DNA of 64,000 nucleotides, from positions 39,866,001-39,930,000 of the forward strand of contig CM060731.1 in assembly GCA_030704615.1 (NCBI GenBank), written 5' to 3'. Made by a program: the position numbers and the translations under genes. How positions within the stretch are numbered: position 1 is the stretch's first letter; each line of letters opens with the position of its first letter. This document shows, piece after piece, positions 12,517 through 24,707 of this stretch. The DNA comes from Takakia lepidozioides (taxonomy: Eukaryota; Plantae; Bryophyta). Under the pieces are notes generated by a model. The model ran no database searches. It saw nothing but the letters and a program-made list of their open reading frames with translations, and was not told where the DNA came from.

Positions 12517-12730
12517 CACCAGGATAAGGGGGTCCTCACAATCAAACCGTTGCTAGCGACTGTAAAGAGACCAAGCTTTCTTCCAAACTTGTTTGGCAAA
12601 AGCACAAGACACAAAACAATGTACCGTATGATCATCCGAGCAGGAAATACAGAGGTTACTAGGAACAGGTTGAGAGAAAGATTTTGGCATCAGTTGCCAA
12701 AGGAGAGCATTGCACCTTGTAAACAAGTTT
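12517..12730 (-). mobile_element. L1-type LINE fragment (zf-RVT region)
   Basis: The minus-strand translation CISCSDDHTVHCFVSCAFAKQVWKK fits the C..C....H.F..C.FA..VW zinc-knuckle motif of L1 ORF2. It runs up to the piggyBac TTAA. Confidence 0.65.
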
Positions 12731-12828
12731 AGCCGAATAATAAGATTATAGAATGTCTTAAATGATTTAATTGTTTGACATACCTACCTAACGAGCATGC
12801 ATAGCACTACAAATTCTAAGGTTTTTTC

Positions 12829-13668
12829 CAGTGTTGGGCGGTTACCCGCCGGGACCCAAGTTAATCACCGGTTCAGGTTCAGGTTACCCGGAACCGGACC
12901 GGAACCGGGCCCATTCCTACATAACCTGACCCGGAACCGGAACCTGCCAATGGGGATCGGCGCAGAACCGAACCGGCGGTGGGTGTGAGAACCGGAGAAC
13001 CGGAGTGCACGGGGATATAAAAAGGTTCCGGTTCTTGAACCCTTGGTGGGCCTTGGCATAACATGGCATAGCACTAGAGAGCTGGTGGGCCTAGGGCAAA
13101 ACTTCTTTAATGCTCTCAAGCTCCTGAGATCCTGGGTTCGATGCTTGAAGGCCATGAGATTCTATGTTCAATGCTTCAGCGCCATGAGATCTTGGGTTCA
13201 ATCTCCAGCTCCATGATATCCCGGCTAAGTTCATTAATAAAATGTTTGATGATGCCAATACTTGCAAGGTAGCTGAATAGTACTTTCAACCCATAAAATT
13301 TTACCCATTTTCTTGTACCAGTTTATTTAGAGTATTTTTGTTTGTTTTTTTGTGTTAGTGAAAACTAACAAAATCGTTGGATTTTAGTTCAAATATGTTA
13401 ATCTACCGGACTGATAAAATATTTTAAATCTAATTAAATTAAACAAATATATTTTAAAAATAGAACCGGAACCTAACCGGAACCGATGGTTTTTATCAGC
13501 AACTAACCGGTAATCGGAACCGCCCCCATGTTTAAAAGTTGGATCCGGAACCGGACCGGAACCGGCTCAATAAAAAAAAACCAAAACCGGATCCGGGACC
13601 GTCTCTTGAAATAATTGTGGAACCGGAACCGAAGGTTCCTTCACAAATGCAAGAACCGCCCAACACTG
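12829..13668. mobile_element. Non-autonomous hAT element (MITE, 840 bp)
   Basis: 15-bp TIRs CAGTGTTGGGCGGTT / AACCGCCCAACACTG. Perfect 8-bp TSD GTTTTTTC at 12821-12828 and 13669-13676. Many subterminal GGAACCG repeats. Confidence 0.92.
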
Positions 13669-13726
13669 GTTTTTTCCAAAGTTTTTGACCCAACTTTCAT
13701 TAACTACCAGAAATTAGGCTATCTAT

Positions 13727-13734
13727 TAGGGTTT
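13727..13734 (-). promoter_or_regulatory. telo-box (AAACCCTA) upstream of a ribosomal protein gene
   Basis: TAGGGTTT lies ~50 nt upstream of the mS23 ATG. Telo-boxes are typical of plant translation-machinery genes. Confidence 0.5.
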
Positions 13735-13784
13735 AGCTGTTGAGAGATCGTTGTGTGTGTGTGCCTGCAGAGAGATGCAGCATC

Positions 13785-15498
13785 ATGTCGTTTATGAAGG
13801 GAGGTCTGCTCTCCAAGACTACCAAGCTAATGAAAGGTGGCATCATAGCAAAGCCCCGCTGGTTTGATGCTGTCCAGAGGTATACTCTCGCACTATTCGT
13901 GTGAGGACCATCCTGAAAGGACCAGTTGTTCCTGAGCCGGGCTATGACTTGATGTACTGACTCTCTTTTGTGGAGAGGTTGAATGCAAGTAGAGATATTT
14001 CCTAAGCTTTTGAGAGATTGAATTGGGGTTGGATAAGTGCTGCTTGTTGGTACAGAGTTCCACCAGAGCCCAAGAAAACGCGATGTCGCAAGGCACCTAA
14101 GATCCGGTTGCCTGAGGACCGTTTGGTCGAGTCATATTATGCCCGGCATCCGGAGGCAAAATTTATCCCTTTTGAGTAAGCTCTCTATCTTCTTCCCTGC
14201 TTTCTTGATTTCTTATGTCTTGCTGCAATCACAGCCACGTTCGACCTTGTTTCTGTCTTCTTGAATCCCTCCGCACTGCCATATCTTTGATGTTTCTTCC
14301 CCTGCTTATTTGTTTGTTTCTTCATCCAATCTTCCTCCTTCTTCCTGGCGGTGTGATGCACATCACCTAGATTTCACGAAGTGCCTGGGGTATGGAGACG
14401 CCGGTGCTCAGATTGATACGGTCTGTGCTCTATTGTGAATTTTTGCTGCCATTAAAAATAACCTCATTCTAAGCGTCGCTCTTTCTCGAGATTGCATGTG
14501 TATGTCTCCCTCTTGCATGGGCCTCCCTCTCTCCTTCATTGTTTATTCAATTTAAAATTGATTTGTTTGGTGGGTCACCAACCAATGGACACTGGCTTAA
14601 TGCCCTACATACCACGAGTGTTTTGTGCTTTAGTTTGCAGATGCTCCAAAGGCAGCTTTGAGTTGTTTTTCTTGAGTTTAGTTTGCAAGATAGAATCACT
14701 GATACTTTCAGTCCCATGTTGTCCGTCTTTTGTCTGCTCTCATTAATTGTAATACTTGTGGGTGCTATTTCTGTTGTTGGGATGAAACAGACTAAATAGT
14801 TTTGATCCCCCTCTGGCACGCAAGTTTGCATGGCGTCAGCTAGAGCTTATGGGGCAAGGCTACCCTCGAGATCATGCCCGGGACATGGTCCAGGTATATA
14901 ATTATGTCCTCATAAGACTTTGTTTGCCATAGCCAGGTATACAATGAACTCCTAAGTTGCATGTTCTAATTTTTTCAGAACACACCATGAAGGGTTTTTG
15001 AAGCTTTATTGCCAGGCATGTGCTTTTCCACCACTCCAGAGGTGCTAAAAGGAGTATGCTTAGAAAGCTCTTCGAAAGTCTGGAGCATTACTGAAGTATT
15101 TGAGGAGTGGCAAAATCTCTACTGCCATCATGTAGATGAGCCTGAAGTGTTTCCCGTTGGAGCATAGGGCAAGGTACTCACTTAATACAAGCTGCAGAAG
15201 GCTTGAAGTACAAATGTGCCTTGCAAGGCTTTCATTGTTTTCCTGTTTTTGTTCTCAGGAAGAGTTTGATGCAGCTGAGAAAGCCGAAGAAGAGGCACTA
15301 AGGGCAGAGCGACGGCGAGCGATCTGGGAAGGCCGGGAGCCACCTCCAATGAAGAAGAGTAAAATTGAGGAGGTTCAGGAAAAAGAGTGGGGACACTTGG
15401 CAAGTGGCCTTAGAAATTTAGGTGCAGAGGGGAAAAAGGCAGGTGACAACATAATGGATGTTACCATTCGTCCTGCAAGGACTGGGTTTTTTTCTTAG
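13785..15498 (+). CDS. mS23: Mitochondrial small ribosomal subunit protein mS23 (spliced)
   Basis: Exons at ~13785-13879, 14056-14175, 14791-14893 and 15259-15498 with GT-AG introns. They give MSFMKGGLLSKT..KPRWFDAV..PP...IRLPEDRLV..YYARHPE...FDPPLARKFAWRQLELM, matching plant mS23. The 3' end could use a further exon. Confidence 0.85.
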
Positions 15499-16089
15499 TA
15501 GTCTGCAACAACTTCTATCTTTGATGGGGTTTGCTTGGTTGTTGTAGTACATGGACTTGAATCTCTGGTCATTTTAAGTTGGAGGTGTGTCTGTGAATGG
15601 ATCCTTACATTCGATCCCCTGACAAAAAAGCAGGTTACAGCAGGTCTCAGCACTGGGCAAGCAGTTATCCTTGGGAGGCCTGCCAGGTCCACCTAAGATG
15701 TAAATATGGAGGTCCCAATAGCCCAGCATCGACTAAAAGATGTGGGACTTGTGCCATGCAAGGCCCAGCCCCTACCCCTCCAGCTGGACCGTTGACTTCA
15801 CTAGCATACATCTCCAGTGGGTTCTGTATCTTCCCAACACATTCTATGGAGATGTCCTCTGAGTTGTCTCCCCATCTCACATGTGGTGGAGTGGCTGGTT
15901 TTATGCAGGGAATAGATCCATCCCCCATAGCTGTTAATGCCTGTTAATGCCCACTTTGGCAAGGCAATTATGTGGAACATGTAGCCTAACCACCAGGTCT
16001 CCACGGATGCAAGCCCACCGCGTGGGCAGTACCCTAACCACTGAACTACTTGTTGGTTGCTGTTACTCACAAATGTTTTTAGGCTACTA

Positions 16090-17243
16090 CAGAGTTATCT
16101 GAGGAGGTTTTCAAGGACTAGACAATCAACCAAGAGAGCTTCCTTGATACTTCTACAGCTCAAGATCGGTATTTGGCGAGCTTCAAAAACAGCAAGTGAT
16201 TTAGATTCTCTCGGTATGAAGGCCCAAACTGCAGCTTTGGCAAAATACATTGTGCTGTAAACTGCTTTCAACATCATCTCCTGCAACATATACTTTGTGT
16301 CTGATTTACGGACAATGCAATGCAGATAGTACCAGTTCTTGCAATTTCTGATCCGACCTATGTTGAAGATAGCCCTCCAGTGATGACGTTGTTAGGTAAA
16401 AACTAAAAACTTCCAGGGTATGGAGCCATGGATCTAGCTCACAGTCTGGTACATGCAGTCTTCATATTGTAGTAGCTGTAATTGAGATTCTTGCTTCATA
16501 TGGACGAGCAGTGTCCATTAAATCAAGCTCTTACAATGATGCAATCTTTGGATGATGAGGCTCTTAGAGCATCCCCACCCTACACTGAACCCAGCCCGCC
16601 AACGGAAAGGACGGTATACAGTTTAGAAGTGGGCTGGAAAACGTCCACACCCTTGCCCCTGAAGGCCATATCCCGTACAGGGCGGGCACTGTCGTCTCTC
16701 CACGCCCTGAACCCGAGTGCAATATTCAGGGCCCTGAACCCGCCCTTGAAAACAGGTCAACGTGGACATGCCCATGTCCTGTCAGCAGCTTGGCAACAAC
16801 CATCCAATGGGAACCCCAGAGGGGAATGGGGAGCCGAGCTTCGCGGGGGATAGCGTGGGCAATTCAGGGGGGAGGGTGTGCGCGAGTGGGGGCTGCCCCG
16901 CCAAAGAACCTCACAGGGCCAGTATCAATCACGCTATCTGTGGCGTTACAGGGAGTCTTTCGGGCTCAAGGGTGGGGATGCTCTTACAGACATGAAGCCA
17001 ATGAAAAGGTGGCAATTCAAAATGCAGATATGAAAACTGCAGCCCACTGGGACAGATGCTGCCCCAGTTTTTTCTGCCCAAGACCGGAAAATTTGTCCCA
17101 GGGCAGAATTCCCTAATCTGCCATAACATACTGTACACATTGGGAATTCTTGTCCATAACTTAGTCCTCATGTCAACAGAGAGAAAATCTCTTGGTAAAA
17201 TTGCTAGGACAGGCTGCAAAGGTGTTGGTGTTTGTGCTTCACA
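16090..17243 (-). pseudogene. Highly decayed plant LRR receptor-like gene relic (interrupted by a MITE and piggyBac copy 2)
   Basis: Minus-strand fragments FLSVDMRTKLWTRIPNVYSMLWQIREFCPGTNF, CSSI*SKNLNYSYYNM and LHTLEVF..NNVITGGLS resemble LxxLxLxxNxLxGxIP repeats. Confidence 0.45.
16567..16983. mobile_element. PIF/Harbinger Tourist-like MITE (417 bp)
   Basis: 15-bp TIRs GAGCATCCCCACCCT / AGGGTGGGGATGCTC, flanked by a TTA TSD at 16564-16566 and 16984-16986. Confidence 0.9.
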
Positions 17244-17247
17244 TTAA

Positions 17248-20200
17248 CCCCTAATGGACGAGTCGACCTGATTCGGGTCGATTGGATATTTCGACCATCG
17301 GTGGGCCCCTTGGATGAATCTGAAGATGGGCCCTGAACGAAAGTTGTCGCTCTTGAAATTCTGCGCCGGACAGAATTTATTGCACCCTAATTGGACAAAT
17401 CCTGCGCCGTAGGATTTTTTGAAGTGATGATGAGCACCCAAAATCCAATGGTTTCTGGCCCTCCACGGGCTTTGATCTAGCCACGTGACAGGCAAAATGG
17501 GCGTCGGTGGCCCGATGCCGGCGATCGGGTACTTGGCATGTCCGCCCGTGCGGACATGGGATGCCACCCTCTGGCCAGTGATGGGTGGCGGCAGCGTGGA
17601 ACGGGCTCTCTCTTCGCGCGCACAGAGTCTAGGTTCCTAGAGCTTGCAAATCGTGGCCCCTCTCGCATGTCCTTGGCGCTTTTGTGTGCATGTTTTGCTT
17701 GATCTTCCGTGGATCGCCCGCATTCGTTTCATAGGGGGATGTATTTCTGGGCTTCATTTTCGGGTCATGGCGACTTACCTCTCCCAGGCTCGAAGAGGCG
17801 GGAGCTGTTCCGTTTCCTGCTTTGTGTTCTAGACATTAGAGCTCGGGGTGTGATTGCATTTACGCAGCTGTTAGGGCTGAGTGTTTGGCGTTTAGATTTT
17901 TGTGCCCTGCCGAATTTTCATTGTAATGCAAGTTGTCATTTTTTCTTGCATGTCGTTTTGTGAAATGCTTTTATGCATTTGGGCTCTGTGTTTTGTGTGG
18001 TAGGGGATGGTTGCAGGGGAGCGTGGTGTGTTGGGGTTTCATTTTGCAGCTGGTTTTGGAGAGTTTGCGAAATTCGTCGAGGTGCATCATTCCTTCCTGT
18101 GCTTGGGGAAGTTGGGCCATCTGCATTGATTCATTGTGAGGGCTTGCATTCATTTCCTGTGATCCGATCCCAGGGATTCGTATGGCACCAAAGAGGAAGG
18201 ACGCTCCCGTGTTTGAGCCACCGTCGCCCCCACCCGAGCTTGCAGCTGCCGCAGAGGTTATAAGGGAGTGGGCGCTTGAGGAGCAGCACCGCACTCCCGA
18301 GCAGTGCAAGGTAATATTGGGGTGTCTGTCTCCTGCCTTCCTCTGTAGTTTGCCTCCCACCGCAGTTCGCCAATCGTTGGCCTCGCCACCCTCGTCCTCA
18401 CAATTTTCGCTTTCTGTTTAGACGCCAGGTGGCTCTAATTCTTGGTTGGAGAGAGAGAATATAGGAAGGTGATAAGGAGGGGTTCAGTGACGTTGTGAAT
18501 TCTGTTTTGAGAGATGATATCTGGCCCGATGCCGACAGTCAGGCGTCTGAAGGAGTTGGCTCGTGCAAAGAGGTCGGTTCCTGCAAGTGTCACAGCACCT
18601 TCCAAAGGTGTGGTGAGGAAAAAAAAATAAGGGAGTGGTGAATTTGGGTGTTGTGGGATGTGTTGGCGGGCCTCTGGGTGTTGGGAGCATGCTTGCCGTC
18701 GGTCGGGCTGCTTTGGGGGACATGCATCCCAACACTGGTGCACTGGTTATTTTTGGTGAGGGGTCTTCTAATCCTGTTTTGGGCCATGATGAGGCCTCCT
18801 CCGACATGGACGAGGATTTTGAGGATGACGATAGGTACATGGGCGACTCTGCTGACAAGCAGACTTGGAAAACGAGGTGGTTGATATGGAGTGTAATGAG
18901 GAAATCTCGGCCGATTTTGTGGAGATGTTCAAGGCGAAGACGTGGGAAACCAACGTAGGCTTTGACTTTGTGAGTGATAGAGCTGCATTTTCTGGCCCTC
19001 AATCTGGTCCCTGCCTGCCTGAGATGAAGGGCTCACATCCGATTTGGTTTTTTGGTTTGTTTTGGAGGCAACAGGTGCTTGGGCGAATATGTAGGGAGTC
19101 CAATCGTTGTGTTGCTGAACCTTTCGGTACGGGCACTCGTGGGAGGCCTCGGTGGAAAGAGCTCACTGTTCCTGAGCTCAGGGCTTGGATTGGAGTCTGT
19201 ATCTTCTTCATGGGCATGAAGAAGTTGCCCCGAACACGATTTTACTGGCAACACTCAGAGACATTCTTCGCTTGTCCTGTCATCCGCAAAGTGATGACTC
19301 GAGATAGGTATGAGGCCATACTCCGCTGTTTGCATCTTGTTGACAACGCCACGTTGGTGGCAGATCGTAAGAGTCGCAATTATGATAAGCTTGGAAAGCT
19401 TAGGTGGGTGTGTGAGGAGATTGTGGATAGGTGTAAAAGTCTCTGGAATCTGAACAAAATGGTGACTGTTACAAGGGGAAGTACTCCCCAATTAGGATGT
19501 ATATGCCTAAGAAACCATGCAAATGGGGCATCAAGGTGTGGGCCTTGGCTGACTCGGAGACTTCATATGTCTACGACTTTTCAGTGTATGCTGGTAAGAA
19601 TGCAAGAGGGCCAGATGGCGAGAAGCAGAAAAGTGGGAAGGGAGAAGGAACCTTACGATGTGGTCACCCGGTTGGCCGACGGGCTGCATGGTTTGGGCCA
19701 TGTCATTGTGACTGATAATTACTTTACAGGGGTCCAGCTTCTATATGACATGCCCAAACTTGGCACTTGGGCCACTGGCACGGTAAGAGTGAACAGAAAG
19801 GGTCTCCCTCCCTCTTTGCTGAAAATGAAAAAATCCAAGACTGCCAAGCAGGAGCAGTCATGGTACAGGATGCATGAGTCCAGGGAGGTGGCTGCTGTGT
19901 TGTGATGGGACAAGAAGGGTGTATTCTTACTGTCATTTGCAGTTAGGCCAGCTTGCAGTCCTTCCTCTCCTGTGACTGTACGCCGTTTTGTGGGAAACCA
20001 GAGAGTGCCTGTGCCATCCGTGCCTGCACATGTGCAATACCACGGGGAGCTTGAAGACAGATGGGCCACATTCGTGACGGTTGGTAGTTGTTAGTTTTTT
20101 AGTTGCCTGTCGGGTGGAACGCCGAAACGTCGGGCGTTCCCGGGCCCTTTTTTTGGGTGTCGATTTTGGGGTCCCCCGAGTTTTCTGTGTAAATCGGTGA

Positions 20201-20839
20201 CGTAGCCCCCTTTTTGTAGCCGGAATTGTCTAATGGCTCAGGCAATACATGGCCTGAGCTGGGATTCAAGTAGAAATTCACTTACTTAGAAATCTCTGCC
20301 TGCATTTTGGTTAAAATTCAGAAATTCTTTTTGGAGGTAGTAGGAAATCATAGGAGGAACAATTCCATCGTTGGAATTCTGGTTCCAATGCCAATTTCGA
20401 CCCCTATGGCTGAATTACAGGTCAATTGAAGCAAATAGTGCTTTTTGACCCCCCTGTTTTCCCATACAAAGGAACCCTATGTAGATTTTGGAATTCTGCT
20501 TTGCAAATTTGGGGCAAGTTGCTTTAGGTGCCTGAGAATTGGAATGTGGTTGGGGTCTTGCAAGGAAAAAATATTTTTTCGGTCCAACTGCCTGGTCAAA
20601 CCAATTTTTCCCTCTAAAATTGGAATATACTACAGATTTAGAGCTTACCATTTTCTTATAATCTTCCTAATGACACGGTGAAATGGGCTGAAAGTCTTAC
20701 AGCAGGTGCATGAGGTTGGTAGCCTCCCTTTCATACGGTTCATCCCTGTGGATGTTTCTTAGCTGGGAGATATATCCTCATCCGTGAGGGTATGTGCTGT
20801 TGGAGTGGGCCCACCAAAAACAGCCTCGTCCATTAGGGG
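17248..20839 (+). mobile_element. piggyBac-like DNA transposon, copy 2 (both ends intact, defective transposase)
   Basis: Structure is TTAA(17244-47)-CCCCTAATGGACGAG ... CTCGTCCATTAGGGG-TTAA(20840-43), i.e. perfect 15-bp TIRs and a TTAA TSD. Confidence 0.95.
18182..20040 (+). pseudogene. piggyBac transposase pseudogene (copy 2)
   Basis: Same motifs as copy 1. A 19-nt deletion removes the VDE catalytic Asp (GTGACTGTT|ACAAGG at ~19470). There are further frameshifts, a TGA at 19903, and the same C-terminal truncation as copy 1. Confidence 0.9.
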
Positions 20840-22721
20840 TTAAATTCATCTAACATTTCTATCAAACTTGGAACTGCCTTGGGGCTCTCTCTCTCTCTGG
20901 CATATCCAAAAGGCTACGTACTCTACGGTTTTTGATCAAAAACCGGTAAGCGTTAAGGCTACTCTATAATATACCTCCTGGTTGAAGGTTGTAAGATGTG
21001 GGGGGTGGTGTTGGAAACAGTATGCAAATGCTCTGAGAGCAGAAGGGCAGCGCTTCTCATGCAGTTTGTAGTAGAAGGGGCTCATCTTGGAATATTGCGC
21101 AAATTCAAACGCGAGGGAGATAGAGTCTGCTGGTCACATGGACCTCCTCTCGACTGGGGAATCTCCTAGCCACTTTGCTTCTCCAGGGGATCCATAGGGC
21201 CATGAAATTAATTGGAGGTATGCTTGGAATATCTTTCGAATAGTAAATCGATGGCATTGCATGCAAATAAAACTTGCAATAACGTCGCTCATTACTACTG
21301 GACTCTCCGTAGTTAGTCTAGTTAATACACTATGCGCCACGTAATACCCGCCACGTTTACGTGACTTACATAACTATACTCTTGGACATGTGAGCAGTTA
21401 TTCTTTGACTTCAGGCGATAATTGGGTATTAGTCTAAATAGCATTTGTCTATGGTATATTATGGCATCTTTTGTGGTTCAATGAGTCTAACCAAGTTCAT
21501 TTGCTACCAAATTGGATTATTTGCGTAGCTTAGATGTTCAAGGATGGGCATTACTGTAATACGAAGCACTCTGCAACCCAATTGCAGGAGTTCCTTCAGA
21601 AATTCTAGACATAAAAATATAAGAAAATTGATGTAGAGTGAAAACCATTCGAACCATTCAAACTTGAGACCCTTAGTGTTTAGGACGTAATGTATATTCG
21701 TGGCCCGCCAAAACAACATGGGGGCATTCATTGCTGTGCAAGCTACAAATTACCCTCCAATATTTGTGAAAGCCCTTGAAACAAATCTTCTATATGCAAT
21801 GACAGCATTGTTTGTAGTTCAATCTTCAAAAAGGGATTGACACCCTACACGGAAAGGACAACACATTCTCATTTTTATAAATGGAGAGTGTACCATCCTA
21901 GAAACGATCCCTACCCACCTCCCCTGCCGCCTTGCTGAATCTAAATAGAACAAAGACCCAAAAATGCATCAGGCATCATAGTGCGATTACAAAGAACAAT
22001 GATTGAAGTTATTTAGAACAAGCCTGTTCCACTAGACTGAAGCCACATTGAGCCCAGACCTCAACCAACGCTAAATAGCTGCGAACAGCTAACCCATGAA
22101 TCTTTCCTCTCCGGTTTTGGTGCCAGAAGTTACCTTAGACAACATCAAAGCTTTGCATAAGGATGTTGATGTCTTCAACCTTATCCCAGTATCTATGCAG
22201 CAGTTAAGACCAGTACCCATTGGCTGCCTCCACAGAACTTGCGAATGCATGATTGGAAGACAACACTAGCAAATGCGCCTTGCATTACAGCATTGCATAG
22301 GACACCCTTCTTTCGCAATGGGTTCCCCTCTCACTAGACTACCAGTGTGTGATTTACTTAGTTGCTACCATCAAAAACTCAATGGGAACCTCATCATGGC
22401 CCCCACCCAACCCTATCCAAGCTTGTTTAAGGTCATGAAGTTAACAAGCAGCTCTCCCCTCACCGCAGGCCCTACTGGCACCACACTGAGCAAACCACAT
22501 GCCTCTCCAAACAAGAAGACCCAATGAAAAGGTCAGACAAGGGAATAACAAAAACAACAGAAACAGAGTCATTTTCGGCACCCTTCTGAGGCACCAACCT
22601 ACAGATTACTACATGATCAACAAAATTCTAGGGGCAACCCAGGCAGCTCACCTACAATACCATCCACTGAAAATAACAAGTTAGAGCCAGGCTGCACCGG
22701 CGCAAGCTGCCACAAAGATTA

Positions 22722-24675
22722 TCACTTTCCACCTAAGGTAGGGAACTGCCCAGGGTCCTCGATACGCGGTGCTGAGGCGCGACGAGTATTGTTCAACCCA
22801 GCTAGAGCACCCCCTCGGAATCCTCCACGATCCCCACGGCCGCGACCACGACCGCGAGTTCCACCAGGGCTGTAATATTTGTCTCCGTCAGCAGGCTTTA
22901 AGAACTCATTGATGCTCACCGCCTTATCACAACAAATAACATGCAGTTAGATCAGGCTGATACATGACGGCTCATACCGGGTAGCACTTAAGACCAAGAG
23001 GGTATATTCTATACAAACAAACTGCACTTACCTTCCTTGCCTTCTCCTCCTTTTCAGCCTCCTTTTTCTTTCCCTTGTCCTTGTCATCACCCTAACACAC
23101 AATACAGTCAGAAAATACATCAATGGATGAGCCAAGCAGAATGTGAACTCACATTTGAGATATACACATTAAGAAGAGGCGAGACACCCAGAAAACAAAT
23201 AACCTTAGTACACCTCCTAAGCAGTCAGATGAATGACCATTAAGCACGGTAGTGTAAGAACAACCTCCAAGATACTGTAGAATAAATGAACATCACTAGA
23301 GTCAACAACATTATCTAGCAACCTTGATGAAAGGCATACCAGCTTAATAAACACATCTTCCTCCTTTTTCTTGTCCACAAGTTGCATGGACTCAAACGCT
23401 TTATCAGCTTTGACCTTCCTCTCTTCCTTATTAGTCCCTGCAAGAAGTTTTCTCTTCTCCTCGAGCACTTTCTCATACTCATCAAGAGTCATCTCCTGCG
23501 CCAGGGTTCCAAAAGACAATCACCACACAACAGCCCTCAGTCTCACCGGTAACCAGTCATGGCAGTGATGAAAAACAGCTTGCAAACAGAAAACAACAGT
23601 AAAGGCCTCCAGAGAAAGGGTGGCCAGTTTTCTTTCAGAATCTTCTTAGAAAGACCCAAACAGAAAGTTGAAGAAGACTGCTACTGAAAGACACTCACAT
23701 TATCTGCCTCTTCTACTTCTTTCTTCCCATCTGCCTCTTCCGCCGGAGTATCTGGAGGTGCTTCCTGCTCAGACTTCTTTTCCTCCACTTCAACAGCTAC
23801 CTTTTCCTCCTCCTTTGAGGGAGGAGTGACATCTGAGATCTCCCTGTTGAACACAGACAAAACAAAGTCAACCAGTTTAAAATACAAAACATAAGCCCAG
23901 ACAAAGACACTCTGCCCAAGACCTAATCTAATGTTCAGATTCAAACTTAGTCTCATGAGCACAAACAATCAGTCCTTGATACAGTTACGTTTCCTTACTG
24001 AAGAGGCACTTGATCCCCATCAACTCCCCAGTTGCCACGGCCCGATCCATCCCGTTTCATCTCGTTACTGCAACCAGGAGATGAGGTGAAGTGTCAGACC
24101 ATTGAGTATAATTCAGTGGGATGCTTAAGCAACTTCACATTGCCAGTTCCGAATCCAAGCCAGCAAGAATTCCACAAATTTAATACACACCAGATTACAT
24201 AGGTAGCTTGAATGAGGAGACATGGGTTTCACATCCCGAAATTGATATGCACACGTGTCAGAAATCCTCAGCACAGAATCCTACAGAATAATAATACAAC
24301 TTGAAGTTCATCTGAATTCACTTGAACGGAGCAATATCACAACTGCTGGGGTCAGTCAGCCAGATGTAACCTAACCTATGGAACAGGGAATGTGAAAAAC
24401 AGAAAACATAGGATACCTCACTGGAGGCATGCCATACCCGTGGCCTGATCCACTGTGGCGGTCATGCTCACGCCTCCGAGGGCGGTCTTCACCCTCTGCC
24501 CCAAAACCCCGGTCACGGCCCCGACCCCGGCCTCTCCCTCGGCCTCCCTCGATTGAACGACCCTCTCCATCCTCTCCACGCAGAGGCCTATCTCCATAGC
24601 CCCCCCCACCACCACCATATGACCCGCGGCCTCCCTGGTAGCCGTCATTGTCACGATTATTACTGTAGTTGCGGT

Positions 24676-24707
<32 letters not shown>

